Part shown: piece by piece, positions 32,948-46,599 of the stretch | Layout of the letters: every line of letters starts with the position of its first letter | Numbering within the stretch: the first letter of the stretch is position 1 | NCBI GenBank assembly: GCA_951406725.2 | Contig: OX597827.1 | Coordinates: forward strand, 83,948,001 to 84,012,000 | Direction: 5' to 3' | Length of the DNA: 64,000 nucleotides | Source of the DNA: Octopus vulgaris | Lineage: Eukaryota | The notes under the pieces: generated by a model | The model's database searches: none | Seen by the model: only the letters and a program-made list of their open reading frames with translations | What the model was told of the DNA's origin: nothing | Program-made: the position numbers and the translations under genes

Positions 32948-35900
32948 CTATGTTTGACTTTTGCTTTACATTTGTACAAGTTGCCTCCAAGTCTCACCCA
33001 GAGACCTCAAGAGACAACAAGCTGGAAGTTCATGTTGTTGTTATGCCTAGTGTGTCATATATTTGGTTTTGTATTTAGTGTTGTACTAGTGAATGTCTAA
33101 AAAAATCATATGAAAATTATGTTTGTTTTAAAACTTGAGATTACATAGAAAGTATTTTGCGCAGGATATGAGCAGTTCCCATGAGCACTATCTTTTGAAT
33201 TTCTGCCATTTTGGAGTTTTCTGGTATCTTTTGCTATCATTCCCAGGGCACCTATGACAACAGGTATTGTTTTAGTTTTCAGGTTCCACATTTTGCTGAT
33301 TTCTATTTCAAGATCTTTATATTTGCTCAGTTTTTGGTAGGTCTTGACAGATACGTTTATATCGATTGGGACAGTCATATCAATGAGGAGGCATGTTCTT
33401 TGTCTGAAGTCTTTCAATATGATGTCTGGCCTAATTGCATCTATCTTTCTGTCAGTTTGAATGGTGAAGTTCCAGAGGAGTGAGATGTGGTCATTTTCAA
33501 GCACTGGAGGTGGTTTGTGTTCCCACCAGTTTTTTTCATGGGGCAAATCCAGGTTTTTGCAAATTACCCAGTGAATATATTGCCTGTTGAGATACTCTGT
33601 AGGTGCTAGAAGACTGCACTTGGAGACAACATGATCAAGGGTTTCATTTTGTTGTTGACATACATGACATGTTGGGCTACTGCCGTTCTTTAATATGTTG
33701 GCCTGGTAGTTCCTTGTTGGTAGGCATTGATCTTGAGTTGCTATGATAAACCCTTCTGTTTCAGATTTTAAGCCAGAGGACATTAGCCATTGATGGGTCA
33801 GGGCTTTATCAACATCGGCATTATTTGCTCTCTTTAAGAGAGGTTTTTCTTGCCATTTATCATTCAGAATATCTAAGACAGCAGTTTTAGCACGGGTTTT
33901 CATGCGCTTAGCTTTTTCTGTGCCTGTTTCTTGTATGTCTATCTCTACTTCCGAAATTTGTTGTATTCGGAATTCACTTAGATATTCCTTTGCCTGTTTT
34001 ATTACTGAGTATGATGCTTTCTTGTTTTCATGTTTTGAGACAAGTTTTAGCATCCAGTCCTCAGAGTTTTTCAGGTAGGTGTCTAGGCCAATTGTAGTAA
34101 TCTTCATTGTTATTGCCAGTTGTATAAGACCATGGCCTCCCTCTTTTCTTGGCAGATAAAGTCGTTCTTAGGGTGGTGCATTCTATGCATTGTCAACAGT
34201 TTTCATATTTTTCTGTCAAGATTACATATTTCAGTAATTGACCAGTTAACGATATTGAAACTGGTATGGCTAAAGCATTGATCGCTTCGATCCTGTTTCT
34301 CGCATTCAGCTCTGTCTTGAGTATTGCTCTTACTCTGCGATAACATTCTCTCCTGATCCTTTCCTTCATCTCTGAATGCCTTATTCTGTCCCCTTCAATT
34401 ACCCCTAGGTACTTGTAGTTCTCTGCTGGGTCTAACTCTTTTATGACATGCTGCTGGCCAAGGTTAACGTTTGATGTTTCTGTCATTTTTCCTTTGATAA
34501 AGGTAGCTTTTGCGCACTTATCGAGGCCAAATTGCATTCTGATGTCATCACTGAATTGTTTAACAATCACTAGTAAGCCCTTGAATTGTTGGTCATTTTT
34601 TGCAAAGAGTTTTAAATCATCCATGTAAATGAGATGATTTATATTTTTATCAAACATTTTATATCCGTATGCGCGTCATTGAGCAATTTTGAGAGGTATT
34701 AAGGCTAAACAAAAGATGAGTGGTGATAGTGAGTCACCCTGGAAAATGCCACATGAAATTTTTACATCACCAGCATTTAGAGATTCATTGTCACTGTTCA
34801 AAGTTAGTGTGGTTCTCCATGATCTCATACTTACAGTCAAAAAGTTTCGCAGAGTAGGTGCTATTTTATACATTTCCAGGCATTTCTTAATCCAGCTATG
34901 TGGTAGGCGATAAAAACCTTTTTATAGTCTATCCAGACTATTGACAAGTTTTTGTGTCGTTTGTGACAATCTTCTAAGATCATCTTATTGATGAGTAGTT
35001 GATCTTTACAACCATAGAATCCACGTTTACACCCTTTCTGTTCATTAGGGAATATGCTGCTATCTGTTAAAAAACTATAGGTATATTCCATCAGGACAGA
35101 TGTTAGCGTTTTATACATAGTTGTTAAGAAGGTTATGGGTCTATAGTTTTTGGGTTCATTTGTTTCTTCACTTTTTGAAAGCAGGAATGTTAACCCATTA
35201 ACTAGTCAAGGAGGCATCCTACTAGGGTGTTGCAAAACATCATTGTAAAGTTCTGTTAGCAGTTCATGGCTCTCTGGGAAGGCATTCAACCAGAAGTTAG
35301 GAATTTTATCCTTTCCTGGAGACTTCCATTTGCTTGACCTCCTGAGAGCAGACCTTATATCTTCTACCTTGACACCCTCCTACTTTTGCTCTTCTAAGGA
35401 GTCCAGTTCTGTAGATATTCTATCAATCCAGGGGGTCTTTTCGTTGTGTGTTTTTTCTTCTGCCCAAATTTTATTCCAAATTCCCTGCACTTCTTCTTTT
35501 GATGGTACAGACTTTACAGTAGCTGGTGTTTTCCCTATCTTCCTGTAAAAATTTTTGGGGTTATTTTTGAACATGTTGTTGTCCCTGAAGAATCTAATAC
35601 GCTTTTCATACCTCACTATGAGGGCAGCTTTAGCAGATACCTTTTGCTTGATGGTTTCTATGGTGGCATCAATATCAAGTATAGTTTTCATATTATATTT
35701 TTTCATTAATTTTGGGGTTTTTGTAAGTTTGGTAGTCTTGTCAACCTTAAGGTTTTTCAAATATTCAATGTCAGACCTAAGTAGTTTAATTTATTGTTGG
35801 ATACGCTCTTGCCAAGAAGGCTTTTTGTGGGAATGTTGCCATTTTCTAATCTTTTCACCACATAGAATCGTTGAGATTTTCGCGGATGCATAGTACAGGT

Positions 35901-36800
35901 GGTTGAGATCTGTGATATCAACATCATTAGCTGAAATTATATCCTTAAGTGCAAGGCGGATTTTACCAATTATTTTGGTTAGATTTGCGGATTTTAGGGA
36001 GTGAATCACGTTCATCCATACTGGTTTCTTTAATTTTCAGCCATTCAATCATGATTTGACGTTTTAGCTCATGTAGTTCTGTCGGGTCAATATTTGTGTG
36101 ACTTTCTTCATCTATTTGATGTTCATCTGTCTTAGTGTTTATATTTGGTTCAGGGAGTATTTCACTTTGCCTATCACTTATACTAACTCTTTCAATCCTT
36201 ACTTCGTTTTTATCAGCTCTGAGCTGGTCTATAATTATTTCCTCTGTATTATCTTCTTTAGCTGCAGCTTCGTTCATTCTATCCGTTACTGCTTATCTAA
36301 TTTGATCAATCTCTACTTCAGTCAGTAATTTTTTTTTATAATGCTTCTTCTGACGTTGGCAAGTTTGTTACTGTCTGTGTAGGGTCTTACTTCAGGGTGT
36401 TTCTGTCTCCAGTTTAAGTATGTTTGTACAGCATTAGATTTATCTGTGGGGAAATATATGGCATGGTAGAAGGCCACAAGAACTTCTTTATTATCTTTCC
36501 TAAACCATTTTTCCTTCTTTTTTTTTTTGGTTATTTGATGACGGGCATGGATGGCCATCTGTTGGAATATTCCAGTTGTGGGGTATGTCCAGCTCCTGTG
36601 TGTCGGGAAGATTTGAACCAGTAGCTGATTTTTCAATCAGAATTTGGTTCAATATTCGGGTACATGGTCTTTTGTAATCCGCTCGATGACCATTGCGGTT
36701 TGTAATTTGTTTTGTTAACAGTGAGGCATGACGAGTTTCGACTCTTACATTAGGAGACGGATCTGTCAGTTTAGGGTTCTCTGCATGTAAACATTGTTTG
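32948..36800 (-). mobile_element. R4/Dong-clade non-LTR retrotransposon (RT + CCHC + RLE), near full length, broken ORF
   Basis: GIFQGDSLSPL, HLIYMDDLKL, CHVC...DHVVSKC, RPDII...LIDMTVP...K..KY. (TAA)n at the 3' flank. Confidence 0.9.
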
Positions 36801-36896
36801 TAGCGTAGCGTCTAAAGGCTAGCAGATCTGTATTCGTCTGTATTTTTTTTGTTGATAGATTTATCTCTGAACATAGTTTTTTTTCTTCTTTTTTTC

Positions 36897-36952
<56 letters not shown>

Positions 36953-36954
<2 letters not shown>

Positions 36955-39090
36955 TTCTCAGAACTTTTGATTTTAATTGCTCTGGTTGATTCTGTGAGAG
37001 TGGACAGCAACATGTTGTCAGTGGTCTAACAGGGTCCCTTTCCATAAACTATAGGCTTTGGTACTTGGATGTTAACTATCATGGAAGACACTCAACACTC
37101 AAGCACCACTCTCAAAATCCTAGCTCTTCCCAATAAAGCAGGTTTTCGGAGCCTGCTCTGTCCTCATGTCATTTCCAATTCCTCCAATATATTCCTCTTT
37201 GCCTTTATCAGGTTTCTCCTTGAGTGGCTGTAATTAGTCTTTCTCTCTCCTTTCAACTTTCCATCCAACCAGACTCACCATTCTTTCACATCTAATATTC
37301 TCAGTTTGTTGCATGAACTGACCATGTCATTCCATTTCTTTCTCTTTGTTCTGTTGTTCCTCCTTTTCTCTTTGAATTCTCCTACTCTTTTGCTCACTTT
37401 TTGGGCGTCTTTGCAGCTGATAGTATTTTGTCTTTACTCTGCACAAAATAATTTCTCAAACCCAGCATCACAGTACTAACCATGTCTTCTATGTCTAGTA
37501 ATCCTCTTGGTCGGTAGGAATCGGTTGGTATTACTTTTGGGGTGGAGTGCATTGTGAACAGCTTTCTAATTATTCTATCCAAGTTCTGTAGCTCAGCTTT
37601 GTCCAGTTTAGAAAGGGGGAAGAGTATTTCAATACTGGCATTACCCACGTATTTATGGTTTTAATGATGTTCCTGACATTTAATTTTCTTTCAAGTACCT
37701 TCCTAAGTCTCCCCTTGTACTCTTTAGTGACTTTCTCTCTTTCATTTCTCTTTCCATTAACTTGTATCATTCTAAGATATCATTACTCCACAGTGATCAA
37801 ATGATGTTGTCTTGCAGTAATTTTATGCTACCTGAATTGCCCTTCAGTCCCTCTTCATTATTACTACTGCACATTTATTTACCCTAAACTGCATTCCAAT
37901 ATTTTTACTGAATATTCTCACCTGCCACCATCTATATCTCTCTCTTCCCACTTACTCAATCATCCTATTTATATTCTGATCCCAATTCTTTGTGAGTATG
38001 CCTGACATTTTTGCCACCATCTCTATCCTGCTGTCTCCCACTCCCACTCTCTCTCCGTCTCCTGCATTTCCCTCAAGTTGGGTAACTGTGTATTTCCTTT
38101 GCAGCAGCGCACCTGTTCCTATTTTCCTGGTCCCTCTCTCTGGCTGGGTAACCTTGTACTTCCTCTACAGCAAGGCACCTGTATCTGTCTCACTATAACC
38201 TTTTCATCATCCAACACAAGATCACCTCCTCCAATGCCTCCTCCCTTCCTGAACGTTGGGTTTTTTTTTTGTGTTGCAAGTACTTGGTGACCCTGTCAGT
38301 GCCAGTGTCACTTAAAAGCACCCAGTCCACAATGTAAAGTGGTTGGTGTTTGGAGGGGCATCCAGCTGTACAAACCTTGCCAAAACTGACATCCCCTGTT
38401 CTTGTGCCATGTAAAAAGCACTAAGTCCACTCTGCCGAGTGGTTGGTGTTAGGAAGGGCATCCAGCTGTAAAAATCCTGCCAAAACAGTCACAGAAGTCT
38501 GGTGCAGGTTTCTCCCTGGTTGGCTTCTGTGAAACCATCCAAGGTCTTTCTTGAGCTGTTCAATTTGGTTCTCAAGCCTTCGTTCCCACCATGGGAACAT
38601 TTGACCCCAAGTTTTTGCATAGCAACAAAGGCACTGTGCAATATGTGAGGTTGCTTAGAACTGTTATGTTTCTGATTTTCATAAACAGTTCATCCACCAT
38701 TTTTGCTTCTTTATACAGTTTACCTCTTTTGATTCCTCTCAGAGCTGGCAGCCTTTTTATTTCGCTATTTTGCATCTCATTCAAGTGTAGTAACAAGTTT
38801 CTTTCTCTGTAACAGTCCTTCCACAAAGTAGAATTTACCATCATCCAAGAAGTTTCTTTTGTGGGTATTTTATTCCCCCCCCCCCCACCTCTGCTAACCC
38901 TTGTTTTTATTCTATCTTTTGTTCCTCACACCCTTTCCCTATTCTAGAGATCTCCACTTCCAACTGTCTTTGTCCTGTAGTGAAATATTTAAGATTAAAT
39001 CAAATCTCACTTGTGCCTCAGAAAATCTAATCTATGCTATTACATTCTTAGGTAGTCTTCAGTTCGTATATCCTCCACAAATCTAACATC
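36953..39090 (-). mobile_element. Second, older R4/Dong-clade element, tandem with the first
   Basis: KEYKGRLRKVLERKLNVRNIIKTINTW, LDRIIRKLFTMH, ARILRVVL. 3' end abuts (TAA)n at 36899-36950. Interrupted by a SINE at about 38270-38540. Confidence 0.75.
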
Positions 39091-39142
39091 CAACCAGTTT
39101 AAGCTCTCTCTCACAAAGACAGACTATAATGAAGATCTTTAC

Positions 39143-39259
39143 CTGACAGAGAGATAAATTTGGTTAGATTCATAATCCTTGTACATCAGGTAGGTTCCAG
39201 GTGATGTGTCTTTGAGCGCCATCTCTGCCTCGTACTTTCCGAAAGATATTGGTTTGATC
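39143..39259 (-). CDS. SH2-only protein, exon encoding the N-terminal half of the SH2 (IKPISFGKYEAEMALKDTSPGTYLMYKDYESNQIYLSVR)
   Basis: atttttcag|G acceptor; CAG|gtaaag donor; 117 bp, phase 2 to 2. AG|A splice gives Arg in frame with the next exon. EAE..L...GTYL...LSV is the SH2 alphaA-betaB-betaC pattern. Confidence 0.88.
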
Positions 39260-39378
39260 CTGAAAAATATTGCCATCAATGTAAAATGTCTGCAAATACC
39301 AGAGCTAGCTCAGTAATTAATTAGACATAGTAGACAGATAGTGCAAGTGGGTAAACAAGTAGCTATACACACACACAT

Positions 39379-39415
<37 letters not shown>

Positions 39416-39472
39416 GAGAGAGAGATTAAGTCTACCGTCCAAAAATTGGTACGGACCAACTCAATGAGTTTC

Positions 39473-39773
39473 GGATCTTTTCCTTTTGAACGGCACTTTG
39501 TAACATAATTTCTAGGTAATTAAAAAGTTTTAAACTCCATATACTGGCAAAATGTGTTTATAAAACATCATTTTCTCTTGGAGGTAATCGATTGGTTAAA
39601 ATTGCCGAAATGCTCGAAATTAAAGACGAAATATGTTACAACATATAGAATTTTCTCAATAAAGCCAAGAAAAAACGATGTTTTATAAACACATTCTACC
39701 CGTATACGAAGTTTAAAACTTTTTAGTTACCTAGAAATTATGTTACAAAGTGCCGTTCAAAAGGAAAAGATCC
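39473..39773. mobile_element. MITE with ~105-bp TIRs, GG/CC termini and a perfect 8-bp TSD (Merlin-like)
   Basis: GGATCTTTTCCTTTTGAACGGCAC...GTGCCGTTCAAAAGGAAAAGATCC; TGAGTTTC on both sides. Confidence 0.85.
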
Positions 39774-39937
39774 TGAGTTTCTGCATAATTTCTGACTACA
39801 AAGATTAACGGACAAGTATTTGGTTGACAAGGTTACGGCAGGAGAGAGACTCTTGTCTCTTGTACAAGACAGTGAGTTCGTATACAAAATAAGGTGATTG
39901 TGAAGTAAAATTCTTAACCTCACAATATAGAATTTTC

Positions 39938-40567
39938 GGTACTACTTTGGCGTGTGATCTACAGCTTAAAGGACGATTGCTTTAGGTTACATTTTAGTTT
40001 ACTTTTCAATTTCTAAAAACCCTTAAGATGTTGGCTAAAGATTTTTACAATACGATCAGCGAAGTGACGAAGGCTGTTGAATTTTTACGAAGAAATAACC
40101 TTTTAGATGACGAAGAAAATGTTGCACCATGACATCGTTGTGATGGCGAAGTGAAGGAAGCTCGCGGAAAAGGGGGAAACGGTGGAATTTAGCCAACTTT
40201 ACATTGTAAAACTCGCAGCTGTCAAACTTGTGTGATCTAGGCGCTTGTTTTAATTATCATGTTGTTTATTATTGATTTCTTATTATTTACTTAGACATAA
40301 ATGAAACATGGTTTTATTATTATTGAAATAGTAAGAATTTTGAAAAAATACATTTACAATGCTAAGTATGTACAAAAGAATTCATAAAACAGTTGAATAG
40401 TAATTTGATAATAAAGATGAAATACAAATAATTTTGTCGATGAATTGAGTGAACATCTGCTAGGGACACAAGAACATCTTAAGGGTTTTTAGAAATTTAA
40501 AAATAAACTAAAAAGTAACCTAAAATAATTGCCCTTGAATTTGTAGATCACACGCCAAAGTAGTACA
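39938..40567. mobile_element. Second MITE with ~90-bp TIRs (GGTACTACTTTGGCG...), Merlin-like
   Basis: gtactactttggcgtgtgatctaca / tgtagatcacacgccaaagtagtac; flanks gaattttc vs gaattttt. Confidence 0.75.
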
Positions 40568-42378
40568 GAATTTTTCAGTTTTAGCTAAAGAAAAAAAAAA
40601 GAAAATCACACCTAAGTTTAATGTCTTCCATATAAAAATAAATACGAATATAACATTAAGGGAAATGGAAAGATATGGAATAATCCCTCTGGAACTTTTG
40701 AATACAGAAAACCAGAGGAATTGTATTTTAGTAAGGAATAACATTCAAGCTGGTTTCAAGGAAGGTAAACCTTTTCACACACTTTCATTAGATTTTTAGG
40801 AGGCATTTTCTATTTTTCCATATTCTGAGTAAAACAAACCCGCTAGAAACAGCAGCAAAGATCACTCAAATCACATTTAGCCATCTTAAACAAAAAACAC
40901 ATTAGATAGTAGTTTTAAATACACTATCTGATCGGATGGTCTGAGCGGATCTTTTTACGGACTCTTGTGGTCTGCTGAGCAGATTTTTTAAAATAAATTT
41001 ACTCAAGCGGAAGATGCAGTGAGACAGACGAGACTGATAAAGTTAGTAAACCACTGAGATAACCTTAGCGTGCAACCTACAAGAAATAGTAGCTACATCT
41101 CTCTTAAATTAAAGCTTAACATCTTAAATATAAGAGATACTTAGTAATGTGATCTGAGGTGTACTATTCAAGACAGTTGTGGATGGAATGCTTTTGAATA
41201 TGGCTTATCTAGATCAGGATTGATTTCGGTCTAAAACCAAAGGTAGGAGGGAAATATGCTTAGATTTGGTTTTCATTGTTGTGGTGTGCGGTTGAGAGAT
41301 AAACTTTCGCTTTGACAAACTGTAGGTTCTATCACTTGTAACATTTCTCTGTAGACAGAATCAAAGTCGAGCTAATGAATCACTCATAAATATTAGTGTG
41401 GGGAACACTGATACCGTGAAGTACTTGGGTAGCTCAAGGGGCTAGAAATAAGCAAATCTCCCAACTAAAAAATCTTTAAAATGCTCGACTGAAATGAGGA
41501 TCACGTTAATGTTGTCCTAGATTAACTGTGTTTCAAAAGGAGGGAATGGTCGTGGCAGGAATGTCTTTGATCATAGGTGTGCTCGATCAGGGTTGGCAAC
41601 AATACAACCAGGTCTGTTTAGACATGGTTGTCAATAGATGCAATATTCTTTTTTTTTTTTTTTACCAAAGAACACAACGTCACCGATGACAGGATATGAA
41701 CTAGTAACTTGTAGTCTACAGGTGCACTGCTCCCTTTAACTAATACCATATCAGCCCACCGTCCCAACAACACAGTTCTGTCAAAAGTCACATTTAGAAG
41801 AAGCTGGTTACTTCACTCATCGAAACCTGTCTATTCTTGTCTATCCATTTAGATTCTACTTCGCACAATAATCATATTCATGTTTGTGGAACAATACAAC
41901 CTGACAGATAAAAACAGAAGATACAGACGGGGGAGGGGGTGCTAGGGGAAGGAGTCGGACGGTCAATCATTTCACCTGTCACTCCTAGCCAGACATATTT
42001 ACCAATACAATTTAGTAATCAAACATCAAACAAGATCACACACGTTTGCTATCATCATCATCATCGTGGTCATTCTTATCGTCACTACCACCACCACCAC
42101 CACCATTTCTCACTGAGCGTAAATGTCCTCCATTATTATAGCTTACTTATCAGATAAAATGCGACGATGGTGGACAGATAGAAAATGCTACATGAAAGAA
42201 ATGTCGAATCGTAAAACCAGCCAACAAAGACAATAGGATAAACTTGCAGAATTGGCTGACCAGAAGAAGTGAAACAACCGGATGAAGAGTAACGAAGGAG
42301 TTTAGACAAAAAGACGGAGAGATACAAGTTTCCACAGACTGCGGAGTATACATTATACGTGGTCTCAGATCTGCGACC

Positions 42379-42508
42379 ATGTGACCCCAATCGGAGATGA
42401 TATGTAATATACGTGAGTCCAATGTAGGATCATGTATGATACATGTGACCCCAATCTGGTTATCATCTATTATACATGTGGGTCCAATCAGTGATCATTT
42501 ATAATACG
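42379..42508. repeat. Minisatellite, ~32-bp unit x4
   Basis: Recurrent (c/a)gtg(accc/agt/ggt)ccaat unit. Confidence 0.6.
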
Positions 42509-42929
42509 TTTCATATCGTTAACAGTGGTTATATCTCCAATTGCTCCCACACAACATATCTATAATAGAAATATCAATACACAATAGACAATGAAAGTAT
42601 AGAAACTCAGAGAAACAGTACGCAACGGGCGTTGTCCCACCAATCCACATTCCAAAAGATTGTGGTAACTTTATCCAAGTCCGTGTTGTTATTGCATCAG
42701 CAGTGTAGTGACTGTAGCAATAATGTAGTTACTATAGTAACCGTGTAATGTAAGCCGGGATATATATCGCCAGTGTCACCCCAAATATTTCTTCAATCTA
42801 TTATAAGTCTGTTTTCAATATCTCATTGAGACAACTATTTCTGTTATGTAGACAGAAGCCGTGTGTGTGTGAGCTAAACTTCACACACGCACGCACGCGC
42901 GCCTTCTGTTCAAAGGGGCCCCAAAATTT

Positions 42930-43930
42930 TAGAAAATGCTATTTGTTTCTAATTTAATCAGATTTGTCTCCTTCAAGATAGCCCCTCCATCACTATGTTT
43001 TTTTTTTTTTTTCAAATTCTGGAATGTCTTGATTAGTAGTCGTTTCTTGCTGCGAATTGTCTTCGATCTCTTCTAACTTCTGAATTGAAGATGCATTTAG
43101 GAATAGAATAGTCCTTCGGGGTCAAATCCGTGATGTAGAAAGGCTAAGGGATGAGTGCTGTCTCGAACTTGTCAAAACATTACGGATAAGGAACGAGGCT
43201 TGAGCAAGTGCAGCTTGCAGGTTTTGATTGTCCTTACCTAAGGCCCTTTTTTTCACATCATTTCTATCTAATGCCCCAGGACAAACATAACTCTTTAGTG
43301 ACTGTCTGACCTCATGGAACAAACTGATAATAAACTATGGCCTTCCAAATCAAAATAGATGAAAAGACTATCAACACCTGAATAAATCTAACGTGTTTTG
43401 GTTTGGTTGCCATGCTGACGATCGACGCTGCTATGGCAACTGTCTTTTCCCTTCAATATCACCATAGCCTTACACCCACCTTTCAATAATTATTATGACT
43501 TTTCAGAAAGTTTTTAGAGACATTCAAACGATCGAAAAACTCACGATTAACTGCAACTCTGTTCAGTTTTTGTTAACAAATTCTGTGGCAACAGGATTCT
43601 GCATCGTTTCTTCTTTTAAGATTATGTGACATGAATTTTTACAGATCATTTCTTCTTCGGAAACATAAAAGACACTCAAGTGGCGATTGCCAAGGATTAC
43701 CGCTGCACTTTCACAATATGACCGTCGTCCGTTAGAGTAGGGGCGTTTCAGTGGCTGTTCTTTCCTCCAATTAAAATGCTGGCATCACTCGCCACGTTGC
43801 GCACTACTTAAGCGATCTTCCCTTTGCACCCATTGCAATATTTGAAAAGTTTCCGTAAACGTTTTTCCGATTTCAAGCAGAATTTCATACCAATACAACG
43901 GGTAGAAATGAACTGAAGTATTATAGAAAG
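42930..43930 (-). mobile_element. Decayed mariner transposase
   Basis: KFC...TETFQILQ-like N-terminus, ITDLTPKDY (YSPDLAPxD relic), GYLEGDK C-terminus. Confidence 0.65.
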
Positions 43931-44875
43931 CAGTAAGAAGGAAACAAATCTTTATATTTCACTCTTAGTTACTAGAGTCAGGCTACATATATAAACGCCA
44001 CAATGCAAACAAGACAAAAAGAATATAATTAAAACAAGCTAAGACTGGGAGATTCGTTCTATCCTCTTTTTCCTAGCTCTGACTCCATTAATAAACCTAT
44101 TGAGCAAATCCACCAATTTTTAGAGATGCTATAAAAAAATATAAATCATTTCCTCTTGGAGATGACTTCGACATATATACAAAGGACAATATCTATTCAG
44201 AAAACTTACTGAAAAACTATTCATAAATTAGCCAAGATAAAAACTGAACGAGAGATTAACCAGATGTACCAAAACCCTAACAAGTCGAAGAAACCAGAAT
44301 CACCTTGACAAATCCTTCAAATCAGATGAAATTGAAGAAAATTAAAAAGAAGTGTCAAACTAATATTAAATTTGACCTCAATGTTGGTGTTACACTAATA
44401 ATTATAAACTCATTAGCCATCTAGCTTAGACAGAAAGCCAACAGAAATGTCGTCAGTCCAATCACACAACACGCACGAAAAGCAAACACTATCCAACAAA
44501 ACAGCACATTGCGCATGCTCGACACAACAAACGAAACAAAAATAACACAAGAAATCACAAGCCAAATCCTACAAAAAATAAACAAAAAAAAAACTAATGT
44601 AAATCACAAACATCACCAAAAGACAATTTCTATTCATAAAGGGGTCATCAAGAGAGAAATGCTGAAGGCCCCGGACCGCTGCATATTCTCTCCCGATCAC
44701 CCCCCGGAAACCTACTTCCGGCTAATGGTGACGCAGTTAAAATTGTTGAAAACATTATAAGACACTAATTTAGGGATCCAATGAATATTTGCATTAATAA
44801 AAGTTGTCTGAACAAATTTGCTATTTTTCTTTCTTTCTTTTTTTTTTTTTTTTTACTTCTAAATCAAAATATTAC

Positions 44876-44886
44876 CAGAATTTCAT
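44876..44886 (-). CDS. SH2-only protein, putative first coding exon (ATG AAA TTC TG|; MKFW)
   Basis: TG|gtaata donor in phase 2 completes TGG, the conserved SH2 Trp, with the G of the next exon. In-frame TAG lies 9 codons upstream of the ATG. Confidence 0.55.
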
Positions 44887-46284
44887 TTCTGATTTCGAAA
44901 ATGTCTTTACAAGCTAACAGTGGCGTACTCGCCTTCACTTGTACTCTATTATTCTCAGTCGTACTTCAAAATACTTTAGTCTGCCCAATTGTACGGCGAA
45001 AGTATTTACTCTCGACATTTTCGGTAGCCTCAGGGAAAAGTAAAACTCCAAGGTTGCTTATTACAGAGGTTTACGTAAATCCATAAGACCATCACCCTTG
45101 ATCTTTCTTACACCGATTTCACCCATCCAATAAATGGCCAAAAGGAGAGGTGTTTAATAGATTTGCTTGAAATAGTAGTTACAGCTTCCTTAAAACACAC
45201 CGTCTTAAAACTGGGAAAGACACATGTCCCAGGTACGCCAAGGAAGACGGGTTAGTAACAGTTGGAACATTTCTGATAAAAGGTGAGATCAATCAGAGAT
45301 GACTTCGTTCGAAACACCAACACCCACAACATAATCTGAACTGCCTGCCTCACTGACACCCCACCACTCTGCCTGACTGCTACCCCACCTTCCTGCTTGC
45401 CCATCTCTCTATCTCGCTACATATTTCAAGCTACATAAATTAAATAGTAATATTAACTTAGTTATATTCTTGTTGGTCTCTTTAGTTAGATGAGTATATC
45501 TGTCTTTCTAGCTGTCCTAATTAATGCCTGTCGTAATTTGATTTCAATTAAAGTCTAAGAGATGTGAGTGGTTGACTAGATTAGTCAACTCTGATCTTTC
45601 TCATTCTACCCTCCTCCCCACAAAACTTGACACCACTTGAGGGGCTGTTTTGTTATATTTTATCTCTGACGTCTTTCACTTTCTCTCTTCAAACCAACCA
45701 AATAAGCCGGATTTGACTGTTATTTCTAACAGGCCAAGCGTTTTCTACGTAGTCTAGCGGTATGCAAGAAATAACAGTCAAACTCCTATCGTTTAAAAGC
45801 AGAATATATTGGCAATGCACAAGTGAATATACAGAGTGTCGAGACGATCACGAAAGGAACAACTTTGATCATAATATACCTGGTTGATCAGCTTGACTCA
45901 GGGCTAAATAACAACTTTCTTCCTACACATGATGACTTATTCTGCCGCCGCCGTCGCCACCAGCCCTCTTCCCCCCCCCCCACAGAGTTATTTCCTTATT
46001 CTGGGAGACTGATAGTCAAGTTTCTATTTCCTCACCAATTAAGATTTAATGAATTACGAAGCCGACACCAACTCCTCACTGTGACACAGCGCTGCCATAA
46101 GTGGCCTCATCGTTTCCCTCTCAACTCTCTTACCTTTGCAAAGACAAGGACTTGAAGCGCGCGCGCGTATGTATGCACGTGTATGCATGTGTGTGTGTGT
46201 GTGTAAGTTTGTATCTCAGTGGGTCATTAGGCAAGGTTTCGTGTCGATGTTTCATCACAACATGACTAATTTCCACAAACATAT

Positions 46285-46331
<47 letters not shown>

Positions 46332-46599
46332 AATATATAGACTCGAAAATGTATACATTTTTTACATATATATATTTGAGCAAAATGGTGAGTTTTGATA
46401 AACTCCTGGTGATGCGAGCGAGGAATAAAACAGTAAAATATGGCGTTGACAAGAAACAACTAAGATGTCTGGACGTCTCAGAATCCAGTTTTAAATATTC
46501 CACTACATATATGCATAGATAGATACATACATACATGCATAGACGCGCGCACACACACACACACATCTGTATCGATCAGACTATGTTGCTGTACATCCC

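Noticed and set aside
42379-42508. Regularly spaced repeats reminiscent of CRISPR
   Set aside because: Degenerate tandem units without unique spacers, eukaryotic context, no cas genes.
44660-44720. CTGAAGG...GAAA hammerhead-like spacing
   Set aside because: Core mismatch and no convincing stems I or III.
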